A stretch of DNA of 64,000 bases from Octopus vulgaris (lineage: Eukaryota), in contig OX597816.1 in assembly GCA_951406725.2 (NCBI GenBank), forward strand, positions 133,238,001-133,302,000, read 5' to 3'. Positions within the stretch are counted from its first letter, which is position 1. Every line of letters begins with the position of its first letter. The notes beneath the pieces were generated by a model. That model searched no databases, was not told where the DNA came from, and saw nothing but the letters and a program-made list of their open reading frames with translations. This document shows, in pieces, positions 1 through 13,000 of this stretch. The position numbers were made by a program, and so were the translations under genes.

Positions 1-743
1 TGCAATAAATTGGTTTGTTATAATATTGCATGAGGCATGGGATACTGCAGTTTCAGCAAATCAGTTTTATACATTCAATATATTATATATATATGATTTC
101 CTTTGGGATAAGCAAACAGAAATTCCTTTAGAATTGTTTGCTAACGATAAAATAATACACTGGTGAATTAATGTTCTGCTGTTCTTTGAACAGCAGATTA
201 AAATGTTTTTTTTTTTTGCTTGTTTTTCTTTTCCATCATGAATCAATTATTCTAAGATATGAGATTATAAAAAAAAGACGAATATTGAACAAGCAGTCAT
301 ATTAATTGTTAAAAGTTAAAGTCTAAAGTTTTTCATCATCGCATCTTCCAAATGTAAGGAGCAAATTTTAAAAAAAGCTATAAAAGTTTGCGATTAAATT
401 CATATATTGTTTTTTCTAATATATAAAACTATTTTAATGAATCAGGTTTTTTTTTTGGGGGGGGGGGGGTTGTAACATATCTTTAGAAAATGCCCTAACC
501 TACTGAGTGAAGAGATGAGTCGTTGTATGGGTATATTCTGCTTGAGATATCCCGTTTTATCTAGTGATATGTGTGTGTGTGCGTATGTGTGTGTTTATGT
601 GTGTATGCATGTGTGTGCATATATATTTAAGTATATACATGTGTATAAATAGTGAGATTACAGGTGTCCTGACGTGTTGTTTAAACAAAACAAAACGCGT
701 TTTAATGGACTCAGTGTTAATAAAATACATATACACACACAGA

Positions 744-931
<188 letters not shown>

Positions 932-1095
932 TGCATACATTCATATATATATTTATATATTTGTCTCTATGTAACATATATATGTGTGTGTGCGTATATG
1001 TGCGCAGGTATGTATGTGTATTTCTTTTATATATCTACTCATTTGTGTATATATGTGTGTAAATATGTTATATTTTAAACGGATGAGTTCTGAGA

Positions 1096-2511
1096 TCAAG
1101 AGAAGCTAAGTACTGAAAGGATGGTCCCCATGACTACAACAAATACTGTGAGAGTAAATCTTGACACTGCACCGTTCTTTCTATCATATCTTGTTCTCCC
1201 ACTGTATCTCCTGTCCTCATTAACAGGGAAGCCTGAAGTCCCAAATGTAGGAAGAGATTTATCTTCGTTATAGATCCGTCCAATCATTGTTGCTGAATGC
1301 AAGGGATTGTTGAACATACGTTTTGAGTTTATTTTGCCATGTTCATACTGCCACACATCATCAAGAATTTGATCTCCTTTATTCATAAATACCATCTGTG
1401 GATAAATATGATCAGCCGTGAAATTATAACCAGAAAGACCAAATCTTGAAAAGTATGTATCAGCAGAGAAGATATCCTTCCCGCATACTCTATTACAGTT
1501 CATGACTGTGCAGATCTCAAACGACATGCGCCTGTCTAGAGCATTTATAAAGCCCTTGTAGATCCCCAGGCTATATTTCTCCGATTCTAAAGATTCGCCA
1601 GAATAATCTACTTTACAACAGAAAGAACCACTACATATGCTTACATTATCGGTGTATTTTGGCAGATCTATAAATTTAAAACGAATTTCTTCACCGAGTA
1701 TTTTGACACTGTGATACGAGAATTTGCCAAAGGAAACTGATAAATGAGGAATGACTGGTTTCTTTTGTCTTGAATAACGATTCATTTTCACATGGTCAAT
1801 GAGTAAGTGGCCTCTTGTAGAATCAGGTTTGTTATAATAAGAACTTTCACTATATGGGAAGTAAATTCCACTTCCATATGACCCAATGTTTGTGTCATGT
1901 ATAGTAGCAGCTAGTACATTAACCTCATTTCCAATTGCCCAACTAGAGTGCCATTGAACACTACTAAGCAAAGGCGAACTCGATCGCCAAACATTGGGAA
2001 TGATTATGTTCTTCACTTTCCGCTTATTTAATAATTCCGTTATTGGTTCTTTCAACATTGTGTCATAAGAACTCACTACGGCAAATTTGTTCTGAATAGT
2101 CTCGAAAACAGCAATGCTGAATTCATCCGGGCTGTCAAAATATGGTTCATTCAACAAAGCCATTCTACGGTACTTGGCTACGAGATTTCCTTTGTCCGAA
2201 AACACAACCGTACTACTGTAATGGTAATAACTATGGCTAGGGCATTTATGATTTGATCGGCGGTTGCATCTTGCTTTCTCACCTAAGCTAGCCACAATGT
2301 GCATTCTGTTATCTCTTGCTAAACAACTGAGCTTCTTCTGGATAATATAATCTTCTTCATCCAAATCTCTTTCCTCGCACGGGTTCCACTTGGCATGTTC
2401 TACCTCAGGTATTGTTTCTAAGAACGGATGAATAGAGTCATGGCTCTTCATTGTACCAAAGGCAAATACTCCGAACAATCCATATTCAGGAAATACGATT
2501 ACATCAGCTCT
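1096..2511 (-). CDS. Vanin/biotinidase-like protein (nitrilase/CN-hydrolase fold plus vanin C-terminal domain), exon 2 of 2
   Basis: Translation RADVIVFPEYG...WNPC...LSCLARDNRMHIVASLGEK..C......KCP....YHYSSTVVF...GNLVAKYRR...FCCKVDY...EICTVMNC matches the vanin/biotinidase pattern. Acceptor cttttgcag| ends at 2512 in phase 0; stop TGA at 1098-1096. The hydrophobic C-terminus after ...RKNGA resembles a GPI signal. The upstream part of the track ORF (2512-2601) is intronic. Confidence 0.93.
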   Translation of the reverse strand, partial: RADVIVFPEYGLFGVFAFGTMKSHDSIHPFLETIPEVEHAKWNPCEERDLDEEDYIIQKKLSCLARDNRMHIVASLGEKARCNRRSNHKCPSHSYYHYSSTVVFSDKGNLVAKYRRMALLNEPYFDSPDEFSIAVFETIQNKFAVVSSYDTMLKEPITELLNKRKVKNIIIPNVWRSSSPLLSSVQWHSSWAIGNEVNVLAATIHDTNIGSYGSGIYFPYSESSYYNKPDSTRGHLLIDHVKMNRYSRQKKPVIPHLSVSFGKFSYHSVKILGEEIRFKFIDLPKYTDNVSICSGSFCCKVDYSGESLESEKYSLGIYKGFINALDRRMSFEICTVMNCNRVCGKDIFSADTYFSRFGLSGYNFTADHIYPQMVFMNKGDQILDDVWQYEHGKINSKRMFNNPLHSATMIGRIYNEDKSLPTFGTSGFPVNEDRRYSGRTRYDRKNGAVSRFTLTVFVVVMGTILSVLSFS

Positions 2512-2910
2512 CTGCAAAAGAAAAAGCGAGCATATATACATAGAAATATATAATTTACATATAAATACATAATTTACATAATACTCATCATAAAAGGACA
2601 TTCGTAATATAAGCTAAGAATAAGTACATTAACATAAGCTATATTTCGGTTTGATTCCTTCTTGAATGTATCTGCTCCTGATCTCTAATTCCTCCGGTAA
2701 TTTGATCTTTTGTTAGATGAATTTTAACGTGTGCAATCTTATATATATTTATATTCATAAGTTCTAATCATTTCTTTTCTTCGTAATTTGACTGTTCCGA
2801 AGAAAATTTTTACATTTGTATCTTTCCCAGATAACATTCTTCTATTTCATATTGAAATGTTTCTTTATACATCACAGAGAAACACCAGACATAAAAGTAC
2901 TTTCTAAATA

Positions 2911-3848
2911 TCTATATATATAAAACTCAACTTGTGTGTCTGTGTGTGTATCTGTGTGTGTGTCTGTGTGTTTAATTTCGCGGCACATCTCCTCCTAGCC
3001 AACAAATCTTCGCGGCACATCTCCTCCAGCCAAAGACCACCAAAAATGGGTCACTTAAAGTTTAGGCGAATGAAAATTGAACTGTGCTATTTCTGTTTCG
3101 AAATTCATCTCGCAAGTGCAAAAATCGATAATGTGTTTGTTTAGGCCTTATCCCATGCACTGAATAGTGAACTTTACTCAGTCAGCTGTTTGACGTGAAC
3201 TGTGTTCACCACGCGTGCAAGCATGCGTAAATCGCGTGAAAAATAAAAAATCAAGATATAAAAACGAATCGCCGTAAACATTGTAGAAATTCGGCAAAGA
3301 AATGAATTTTCGGGATGTAGCCTGGAGGGTTTTTTCGTATTAATCGTTTGGACTTTGTGAACACATACCAATTGTTTTCATAACATTTTTAACGCTTTGA
3401 ATTAAATGTGACCATTTTGCGTTGAGTCTGCAGTTTGAATCACTTTAACCAAATTTTAGCAGGCCGGATTTTTGATCATCACGATACATTGCCAGCGACT
3501 CCCTGAAACTCTCCCCTGAAATCCCCGTTGAGAAATACTGATCTAAAAGAATAATTCAACAATGCAATTATTTGATCAACAAAAATTTATGAACCGCTTC
3601 TACGTACTTCCTATTGAAGAAATGGAACACATAAGCGCAAAAATAGAGGGCATTAAATGCTTGATTTTAAAACCAAAATAATTGAATTTTGATTGAACTT
3701 CATCCAAGTTTAGCTTAATTCGCGCGTGCATAGAACGCACGAGCGCACGTACGTACATTGTGTAAGAAAGTATTGATTTTGCACTCGCAGATTAATCGAT
3801 TTTCCTCAGTGCGATTAATAGTCACACAAAGCCGGGCAATACTGCTAG
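2911..3848 (+). mobile_element. Non-autonomous Helitron-like element
   Basis: Starts A|TCtatatatataaaac and ends gccgggcaatactgCTAG|T. Same termini as 54086-54525 and 59066-59571; subterminal hairpin partly lost. Confidence 0.7.
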
Positions 3849-4193
3849 TAAATGCATATATTTGTTTCTAGATGTGCAAGCAGAAGCCTTTATTTGAGCG
3901 ACCCAATTTCAGAAGTGTTTCATCGAATGCATCATTTTTTACTGTTTTTGTTTCATATTTTAAAAGCTTTTAGACATCTGTTCTAGTTACAACTTTTCAT
4001 TTATTCTCATTAATAGATTTGAAAGCCGTTAACATCATCTATCAATTTGACAAGTCCGAGAAACTCAATTGTTTTCACCACGCCCAGATCACTTCGAATC
4101 ATTTATTTGTTTAATTTGTTTTACTTGTTTCAGTCATTGGACTGTGGTTATGTCGAACAAGTCAATCCCAGTACTTATTTTTTAAGTCTTGCA

Positions 4194-4212
4194 CACGCGC
4201 GCACGCATACAC

Positions 4213-4306
<94 letters not shown>

Positions 4307-4316
4307 ACACACACAT
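4194..4316. repeat. (CA)n microsatellite inside a decayed minus-strand SINE (about 4115-4460)
   Basis: Visible repeat. The flanks resemble the 27614-28036 SINE family. Confidence 0.8.
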
Positions 4317-7300
4317 ATGACGGTCTTACACACAGTTTCCATCCACCAAATTTACTCACTGGCCTTCCCGAAGCGACACCTGCACAAAGTGCACTGTTGA
4401 ACTGAATCCAAAACCCATGTGATTGCAAAACGAGCTTCTTTTACCACACAGCCATGCCTACAACAGTAATGGATTTCTTTTTTACGCTGGCACCAGGCTA
4501 GAAATTCATAATAGAAGAATACAGACGATTGAACTGACTCCTAGTATATTACTAGGAGCCATCCTTATCCATCCAGCGACATGAAAGGCAAATTAGACCG
4601 TGGCGAATACTGTTAGACAATTGTCCAAATGTTATACCGATTCCACCGTAAATATTAATAATTCTGCAGAGAACATCAGTAAAACTATTGCTATATTGGA
4701 TATAGATTGTCTTATTTTGATGGCTTGGCTCTATGAAATAAGTTCTATGTGCACATATCTACATAATCATGAATGGATCTAGATTTATTATTTTATGACT
4801 ATAAACGAGTAGATGATGCTATGATGCTATTGACAAACGAGTAGATGATGCTATTGATTTAATTTATTGCAGTATATTAGAACATATTTCATTAGTCTCA
4901 CAGACTTTAACTTTAAATGTTAAAGACGCTCCGATAGCCCTTCAACTCACTAATACGAAGCGTTGAACCAGAAATGAATAAGTAAATTTGATTTCATTAT
5001 CTCATTTATCTCCATTGATCAAATGAAAGTATTGCACACTTTAGACCAAGTTAAAAATTAACATCAATATATTATAGTCGATATCTTATCATTACTATTA
5101 ATTCAATTAATAGTTACTTTTGAAAAGCTGTATTGCGTAAAAACCTAAGTACGATGAACACGATGTACAGATTAAAATGAAAGTAAAATTTACGAGAGTA
5201 AAACGTTTACTTCGATACTTGCGTGTAAATAATATTCCCATGCGAAAATAAAACGGCGAGCTGGCAGAATCACCACCGTACCGGACAAAATGCTTACCAG
5301 CATTTCTTCCGACATTACATTTTGAGTTCAAATATCTCTGAGGTCAACTTTGCCTTCCAAAATTTGAAACACGGATGATATAAGATGGGAATTCTAACTA
5401 CAACCGGGAAATAATAAGTCGACATACGTCTTTTATTCAGTTGAGGTGACTAGTGACACTCATTTGGGATGTTGCCTATTTGTAGTGATGAAGGGAATTA
5501 ACTGATGTTACTGCCAGGAAAACAGGTCCAATTTTAAGAGACGCCAGTACTGGGCATAATAATTATTATTTCTGGCATAAATACAAGCCTACACATCTTC
5601 AGGTATGATAATAATGGCACGCGATTGCCGTTTCCAACACTGCGAATGATAAAATGATATTAATCCTAGCCAGAACTGATTTTAATTCCCTTTATTTGGT
5701 CTTCGCACTTATTTAGGGACTTCTCTAGCCCAGAATCTCCCTGGGCCAGAGGTAAGCAATGCGTGAAAGCAACAATCGGGTATGTTATTTAAAAAGAAAT
5801 TTTGATTTCTTTTTAAATAACAACTGAAACTGCCCCTGGTTCTATGATACAAATAGCTTGTCTTAAAGAGATCTGAATTAAAACCTTCCATCAAAGTGTC
5901 AGGTTAATTTTATGTCCCAAACACCAGCTTAATAATGGTAAAGTTATTTTATTAAATTTTTCGTTATTTTCAATGAAAATGGTGATGAATTTCATTAGAA
6001 ATATGGTAACAAAAAGGTTTTCAACCCAATTTTTTTATTTGTTGCTTATTTTATCAACTCCGGTGACATTAGACTCAGAACGCAAAGAGGCGCAGCAGAA
6101 TACTGCGGAGCATTTGTTCGATGCTCAGCCAAGCAACCAATCTTAACAACACAATTAAGGATTTTTAATTTAGGCAAAAGGACAGTAATTTCAAAGGAAG
6201 AGGGTTAGTTGATGACATCGATTCCCAGTACTTGACTGGTATTTTATTTTATCAAACATGAAAGGAAAGTTCACTTCAGTGAAATTTAAACTCAGAACGT
6301 AGAAATCTGGAACAAGTAACAGAAAGCATTTTTCCGGCATTCTAACAATTCTGTCAATCCACCGACCATATTACTAGCAATAAACACCTTGTTTGGTAAA
6401 TGATATCCTTCATGAAGTTGAAGAACTTAATTAATGAAATGGAGAGTAAGGTTTTGAGCATACTTATACACACATGCTTAAACACACTTATACACACATT
6501 ATGTGTGAACATACTTATACACACGTTATAGCTTTCGTTATTCATCAGTAACTTGCAAGCAAGAGATGTTTCGCTGAAATTTAGACAGAAATTTGGTTGT
6601 CATACCTTGTATGCTTGGGTTGAGCTGCTAAATTTTACAGTTTTGCTTACAAGTTAAATTATCACTTTTTGACCCAACTTGTATCCTCATAAATAAATTC
6701 ATAGTTACTGTAAGTACACTAATTGTAGGTGAACCCCTAGCCAGAGTATAGACCTCTAAATATGCATATATAGTCATCCGTACATACTTGCATCTTTTTC
6801 TGATTAATGTTATAACTTTCTTCCGAGTGGTTCATCATATTTCAAAACTTAGAAATAACTCTTATATAAACCTCTACTCTTCATATGTCATATAGGTTTA
6901 ATGGGTTATTATTGTCCTAGCTAGAAGTGTTTAAATGTCGTTTAAGTTTCGTAAATTTATTCTATTTTTCAGATATATAATAATTTGTAACACTAGGGAA
7001 AAGTCGATTAAATCTAACCCAATACTTAACTGACACATTTTTTTAATCAATCCCAGAAAGTTATTGGATTCTCCAGAAGCAGAGGAACCAATGGGGAACA
7101 GCTATAAGCTATGTGATCTAATGTATACTAAGATTTTATATAATCAAAGCCGTCGTACTTTAGCCAAAAGTGGCCATTTTAATATTCCCATTACTAATTT
7201 TTGCTAAGTAACATTATCCTTCTAAGGTAATCATGAGAATGGACGCTAAAAAGATCTAAGGTCTTTTGTCCGATGCATTCCCACTTGGTGAAATATACAA

Positions 7301-7463
7301 AGAATATATATTATATATATACATTGTTTGTCCACCCCTCTACTGATTCGGCCAACCACATGCTTTATATATCTAAATATAAAACTATATTCCAACTACA
7401 GTTTAAAACAAGCTATAGTTTTAGCCTTTCAAAATAAAACTACGTCACTGCAAGAAATATAGG

Positions 7464-7841
7464 TTTCAAAGTTTGGTACAAGGCCAGCAATTTCGGGGGC
7501 GGTGTTACGTCGATTACAACGACCCCGGTGTTCAACTGGTACTTATTTTATCGATCTCGAAAGGATAAAAGGCAAAAGGTGACGTCGGTGGAATATGAAC
7601 TCAGAACGTAGCGGCAGACGAAATACCTATTTCTTTATTGCCCACAAGGGGTTACACACAGAGGGGACAAACAAGGGCAGACAAACGGATTAAGTCGATT
7701 ACATCGACTCCAGTGCGTGACTGGTACTTATTTAATCGACCCCGAAAGGATGAAAGGCAAAGTCGACCTCGGCGGAATTTGAACACAGAACGTATCGACA
7801 GACGAAATACCGCTAAGCATTTCGTCCGACATGCTAACGAT
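7464..7841 (-). mobile_element. Composite tRNA-derived SINE, family A (two nested/tandem copies)
   Basis: Reverse complement of the family core ttctgagttcaaattccgccgaggtcgactttgcctttcatcctttcggggtcga..aagtaccag. Many further decayed copies (about 4480-4640, 5254-5357, 6040-6365, 11510-11660, 13600-13770, 56354-56586, 61810-62030). Confidence 0.85.
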
Positions 7842-9644
7842 GCGCTGCGACAAATATAGGGACACATTTGAATATATTTACTGTAAGATATCGCAAAGAA
7901 ATCCTAAATATATTTGTTTTATTTGTTGCTGTTGTTATTGTTGTGTAGCCCCGAGGTAAGCCTTAATTGAGTAAACCTTTGATCAAAAGTATTGTAGTTG
8001 TAACCATCCTGTCTTTTTTTAATGCGTAGTTTATCAAGAAATTCATTATCCAATGTATATTTCCATTATTAAGTCTGTTGGGTGTGATTTAAGGTAGATT
8101 TGGATAATATTCGTAGTAAGTCAAACAAAGGCTTAGAGGTTCCTTCATTGGTGCAATGGTACTGCTGCTGTAGCCGCTGTTGTGGAACTACGACGCAAAG
8201 ATAACCGACTGACCGAAGCATTCAATTTACAACGCTAACCGGTGACCTGAGATTTATTGCTAAAAACAAACACTTATTGATGAAAGTTTGACCTTTACAT
8301 TGAGCAGGTGAAATGAGTACTTACAAGTTCGATCTGAGATTGACAGTGTACTCTTCTTTGTACTAATATGGAGGCACATATTAATTATATGGGCCAGAAA
8401 AGGAATAGAAATGGTCTGTTAAGCGAAAAGTTACGGCCTAATTTGTCGCAAATATGACCGTTTATAGGCATAAGCATGGGCCTGTGGTTAAGAGGTTTGA
8501 TTCATAATCACGAAATACCTGATTCTATTTCACTGCATGTACCCGAGGCAATTATCTTCTAACATAGTCTAAAAATGAGCTAAGCCCTGTGAGTAGAATC
8601 ATGTAAATTGAAACTATACGAATAACTGTCAGCTAGACTATGCCTGACTGTACCTCTTCTTGGGTTGCAGAATTAATTTGTTGACCGGTTAGATATACTA
8701 CAACTAAGCCCTTAGATGCATTTAGTTAGTAGTCAGAGGGTATTCTATAAATCATGGATTTTAGCTCCATTTTATCGACACGCTTCGAGGCTACATATAC
8801 AGGCACGCACGCACACACACTCACACATGTTTGTGTGCATTTGTATGTATTAATGAATTAATGGCAAAAGAACAGAAGTTACGCAATCGCCTTCGTAAGC
8901 TTACAGTATTTACGACTCTAAGGAAATGTACATCCACTGTTGCGCGACAGTGAGAGATCTTACTGCTTCATCAGAGCATTAACGTGAAATGTTTCCTTTT
9001 TCAGGAAAGAGTTTAAATGTATAAGTTACATATACATAGTCTTAGATAGAAACATAAATTACCGAGACTTACACACACAAACACGCACACACACATAAAT
9101 AAACATATATACAAGCATATAAATAGATAGTTTTCAATCATTTAACCTTTGAGCTTCTCTACACTCTGATCTGAATTCTAAGATCTTTTCTACCTTGATG
9201 TCGGAGGCTCATTTTATCCAATGTCGAGTGCTTAAATTACGGCTTGCATATTGCGGTGAACAACATCTCCCGAGCCCCCAGAAACAGCTGTTGGACTTAT
9301 AACACCTTACTTCCTCCCCATAAATTTTCTCTGTCGTTTACACTGTGTAAGTTTGATCTTTTAATTTAAATATCTTTTACACTCAAATATTCAGCGTCTG
9401 AAACACTCCACTCTTTGCTTTATCATGTTTTGCATGTATACATATATACATATTTTGTATTTCATACCCAAACTGTTATATTTAATATATTTAATTTGTT
9501 TATCAGCATAATTGCCTCCAAATATGATAACAGCAATTCACATATAAATGTGGGTTGCTAAATCTAAAACCCGCCAAATACTGCTGGAAGTGATGTTGGC
9601 CTTGGAAATTAAGTAATGTACATAGTTGTACGAATGCTTGTGTA

Positions 9645-9842
9645 GATGGACGGACAGATAGATTGACGGGTGGATGGGTGGTTGGATTGATAGACAGATG
9701 GATGGATTGGTGGACGGATGAATGGATTGATTGATAGATGGATGGATGGATGGATGGATGGATGGATGGATGGATGGATGGATGGATGGATGGATAGGTG
9801 GGTGGGTGGATGAATAGATGGATAGACTGTTGGACAGATGGA
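9645..9842. repeat. Degenerate (GGAT)n microsatellite
   Basis: Directly visible. Confidence 0.9.
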
Positions 9843-9990
9843 TATGCAAAAATGCGTACAAACAAAAGAAAATAGCATTCGACGCATTTAGTTGTATCAA
9901 GTAACAGGTTTCATCGGCACCGCATTACTTAAGATGCTGTAAACACTCAAATACTCATAGATATACATTATATGTGTGCGTATATATACG

Positions 9991-10021
<31 letters not shown>

Positions 10022-10513
10022 TTATATTGCATGTATATATGTATATACATGTGTGCATACGTGTGTGTGAGTGTGTGAATGCGTTTGTATGTATGTGTGT
10101 GTATGTCTATATTCCTGCCTCAGTATAGACTTAATAAACATTTGTTAGAACGCAGTATACTTATACTTCACGTTAAGGTTCTTAGGAAGCTCTCAGTAAT
10201 TACAGAGGTACTCGACTCGGAGAAGACACTTCCGAATAGCCCAGACAACTATTATGCATGTATATATATATAGCAATAATAAATCTCTGAGCGAGATATA
10301 AGCAGTAGCAACACGACATCGTGATGCATATTTGCCACCTAAAAGTGGGTGACCGATTAGGGACGATGCTACTGTAGCTTATAGCCCTAGGAAGACATCT
10401 CAGAGATTTATTATTGCTTGTTTCTCCTTTTTCGAGATCAGTGACTTTCCGTCACTGGAAAATGTATATATATTTGCATTGAGAATCACTCCCCATTGCC
10501 AGCCGGTGGTTGT

Positions 10514-10558
10514 CACGTGCTGATGACAGGTCAATACCCAGAAACTCGGGTCCGTGTG
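10514..10558 (+). ncRNA. Type I hammerhead ribozyme motif (family H1, copy 1)
   Basis: cacgtg-CTGATGA-c-aggt caat accc-a-GAAAC-tcgg-GTC|cgtgtg. Stem I is 6 bp with two G.U pairs; stem II has one extra mismatch. Confidence 0.7.
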
Positions 10559-10857
10559 TATCACATCAGGCTAGAGATGGGAACGAGGATTTCCCTTTGT
10601 AAATACTGATAGGGCACAGACAGTGTGTCAATGGGCAGCTGGAAGAGATGTCTTCCTGGAGCTTTAAGCTACAGTAGCATCGTCCGTAATGGATCAGCCA
10701 CTTTTAAGTGGCAAATATACATCACGCTGTCATGCTGCTATTGTTTATATATACCTCAGAGATTTATTATTGCTTGTTTTTCCTTTTTCGAGATCAGTGG
10801 CTTTCCGTCACTGGAAAAAGTATTGAGAATCACTTCTAATCGCCAGCCGGTGGATGT

Positions 10858-10902
10858 CACACGCTGATGACGGGTCAATACTCAGAAACTCGGGTCCGTG
10901 TG
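10858..10902 (+). ncRNA. Type I hammerhead ribozyme motif (family H1, copy 2)
   Basis: cacacg-CTGATGA-c-gggt caat actc-a-GAAAC-tcgg-GTC|cgtgtg. Perfect 6-bp stem I, 4-bp stem II, minimal near-palindromic stem III (ACTCGGGT). Predicted cleavage after 10896. Confidence 0.8.
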
Positions 10903-10969
10903 TATCACGTCTGGATGGTGATGCCTTCCTGGAGCTATAAGCTACAGTAGCATCGTTAGCCCGCTTACT

Positions 10970-11061
10970 TGATCCGGTTCTTGACTGAAGACTGAGGTTT
11001 CGAATGTCCTGTCCGTGTTATTGTATCGTCTTCTAAGAGTTATACGTTCTTGTCCATGTTG
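10970..11061 (+). mobile_element. Short repeat-terminus fragment ending in (TA)n, probably Penelope-type LTR
   Basis: gatccggttcttgactgaagactga..ttcgaatgtcctgtccgtgtt..gtcttc..cgttcttgtcc is also present on the minus strand at about 53600-53723 between (TA)n tracts. Confidence 0.55.
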
Positions 11062-11062
11062 C

Positions 11063-11179
<117 letters not shown>

Positions 11180-12103
11180 GGCTAAATATTAACATCACGC
11201 TTAAAACTCGCATAACATGAATATGTTTATTCAACCATTTTGTGTGTGTGTGTGTGCCTAAAGACCTAATTCAGTTTACTGGAACCCAATAAATATTCGA
11301 TGTTTAAAAAAGTCTCATGAGAATTTAATAGTTAGACATTATTAGGAATTATATATAAAAAAATTTAATATTTTGTGTATTGTGGAAGTATAACCAATTT
11401 ACTGGACATAAATTTTAACAGCAAAATTTTATATGCTCCCCCAAAGGTCATGTGAATCCTGATTGAGAACCACTGAATTAGTCCGACATGTTTGATCCGT
11501 GATAATCGATACCAATAAAAGCACAAGGCCAGAAAATTTGGGGTAGAGTTTAGTCGAGTAACTTGACCGCCGTACATGAATGCTAACTTTATTTTATTGA
11601 TTCTGAAACGATGAAAGTAAAAACTGGCTTTGGCAGGATTTTATCCCATGTAATGTCGGTAGGAATTGGCATTTTGTCTGACACTTTAGCTTTTCTACCA
11701 ATATACCAACTTGTCTGTTCTGTAGTAATAGTAATAGAAACCATATGTGCGCGCGCGCGTGTGTGTGTGTGTATGTGTGTGTGTGTGTGTGTCACTGTAT
11801 TACGGTATAGAGAAGATTACCAGACGTTATTACACACTGCTAATCGCAATGCGCTTCGCATTGTTGGCCTGCCCGCATAAACCCTGGTGGCTATCTAGGA
11901 GGGCAGGCCAACATTTACCCTGAACGAAACGCAAGTCCATCACAGGGTTATCCATTTGCAGCTGAATGGAATAGAGCAACGTTAAATGAAGTGTTTTACT
12001 CAGGAACACAATTCGCAGCCGGTCTGGGAATTGAAACTGCGACCTCGTGACTGTATGTACAGCACCCTAATCATTAGGCTGTATGCCTTCACACATACAC
12101 ACA

Positions 12104-12167
<64 letters not shown>

Positions 12168-12199
12168 TGTATGTATGTATGTATGTATGTATGTATGTA

Positions 12200-12233
<34 letters not shown>

Positions 12234-12339
12234 AATGTGTGTGTGTGTGAGTGAAGAAAGGGAAAACTGTAAATGTGCACATAAATGTAAATTCATAAGG
12301 ACCAAAATACTGAAGGGCAGTTCATGGGTTATGAATGCA

Positions 12340-13000
12340 AATCATCTGCTATCTTTCCGGTTTAGTTTCGAGGCTGGCAGATAATTCACTTCATCAGTGT
12401 ATCAGGTATTGGTTACCGAGTTTCTAGAATTATCAACTGTCGGATATATTTAATCACCAGCCGTAAGTAATTTATTCTATTTATTGTACTTTGAAGAGTT
12501 TCAAATAACGAACCGTTAAAAAGAAGCTAATTTACCATTCGGAATTTCAACAGTCTATATTCTATTTCTGATGTGTTTATGATGAATACTCTTCGTTACT
12601 ACTGACTCTTCTTACATAATTAAGATTAGATCCAGTAAGATGTTGCAGCTTTCCACTGATTGCAATATCGAGTGGCTTATAATGAACAAATGGTAATGTT
12701 TTTAAATTTCCTTGCGAGAATGAAATGAAAGGTAGAAAATCAACTCTTGTGTATAGTAGTGGGGTGAACTTAGAAGATTTTATTGTTAATTTTATTAAGC
12801 TGAGCAAGCGTACGAAAGCTCCTTCGCTGATTCTTTCACCCGATTACCTGCGTGTCATATGTGAGTTAGCGTTAATCAGTCGAATCAGTTGAAAATTCCT
12901 CAAGAGTATTAACGCTGTAACTGAATCTGCATTTGTCAAGAATCTAAACCAATTTGCATTACTGGTCCGCTGAGAACCGTCCTCAAAGTCTACATCGATC
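12340..13000 (-). pseudogene. Highly decayed Penelope-like RT fragment with a degenerate hammerhead-like 3' motif
   Basis: Fragments NWFRFLTNAD, KESAKELSY and PLLYTRVDFLPF...SNLNYVRRVSSNEEY loosely follow the PLE RT motif order. CTGATGA...cctcGAAAC at 12397-12365. Confidence 0.35.

Larger units (their letters stand above)
10273..10956 (+). mobile_element. Penelope pseudo-LTR / retrozyme-like element: inverted 5' segment plus tandem direct repeats with hammerheads
   Basis: 10273-10400 is an inverted copy of 10646-10773. 10401-10564 is directly repeated at 10757-10908. A third partial copy lies at 10920-10956. (TA)n on the left flank; each direct repeat carries a hammerhead motif. Confidence 0.8.

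Noticed and set aside
2065-2166. A-to-I editing restoring the catalytic triad
   Set aside because: AGA->AAA and TCT->TGT are not A-to-G changes. Editing the neighbouring TAT would give Cys one residue out of register.
2512-2601. N-terminal 30 aa of the 501-aa track ORF as the real start
   Set aside because: No family similarity or signal peptide. A good acceptor precedes RADVIVFPE and the true N-terminus is at 15758.
8946-8980. Hammerhead-like CTGATGA-a-gcagt...actgt on the minus (host sense) strand
   Set aside because: The GAAA box and stem I partner are missing; at most a dead relic.
12365-12397. Hammerhead-like CTGATGA...GAAAC on the host sense strand
   Set aside because: Stem II is broken and there is no stem I or cleavage triplet, so it is not counted as a ribozyme.
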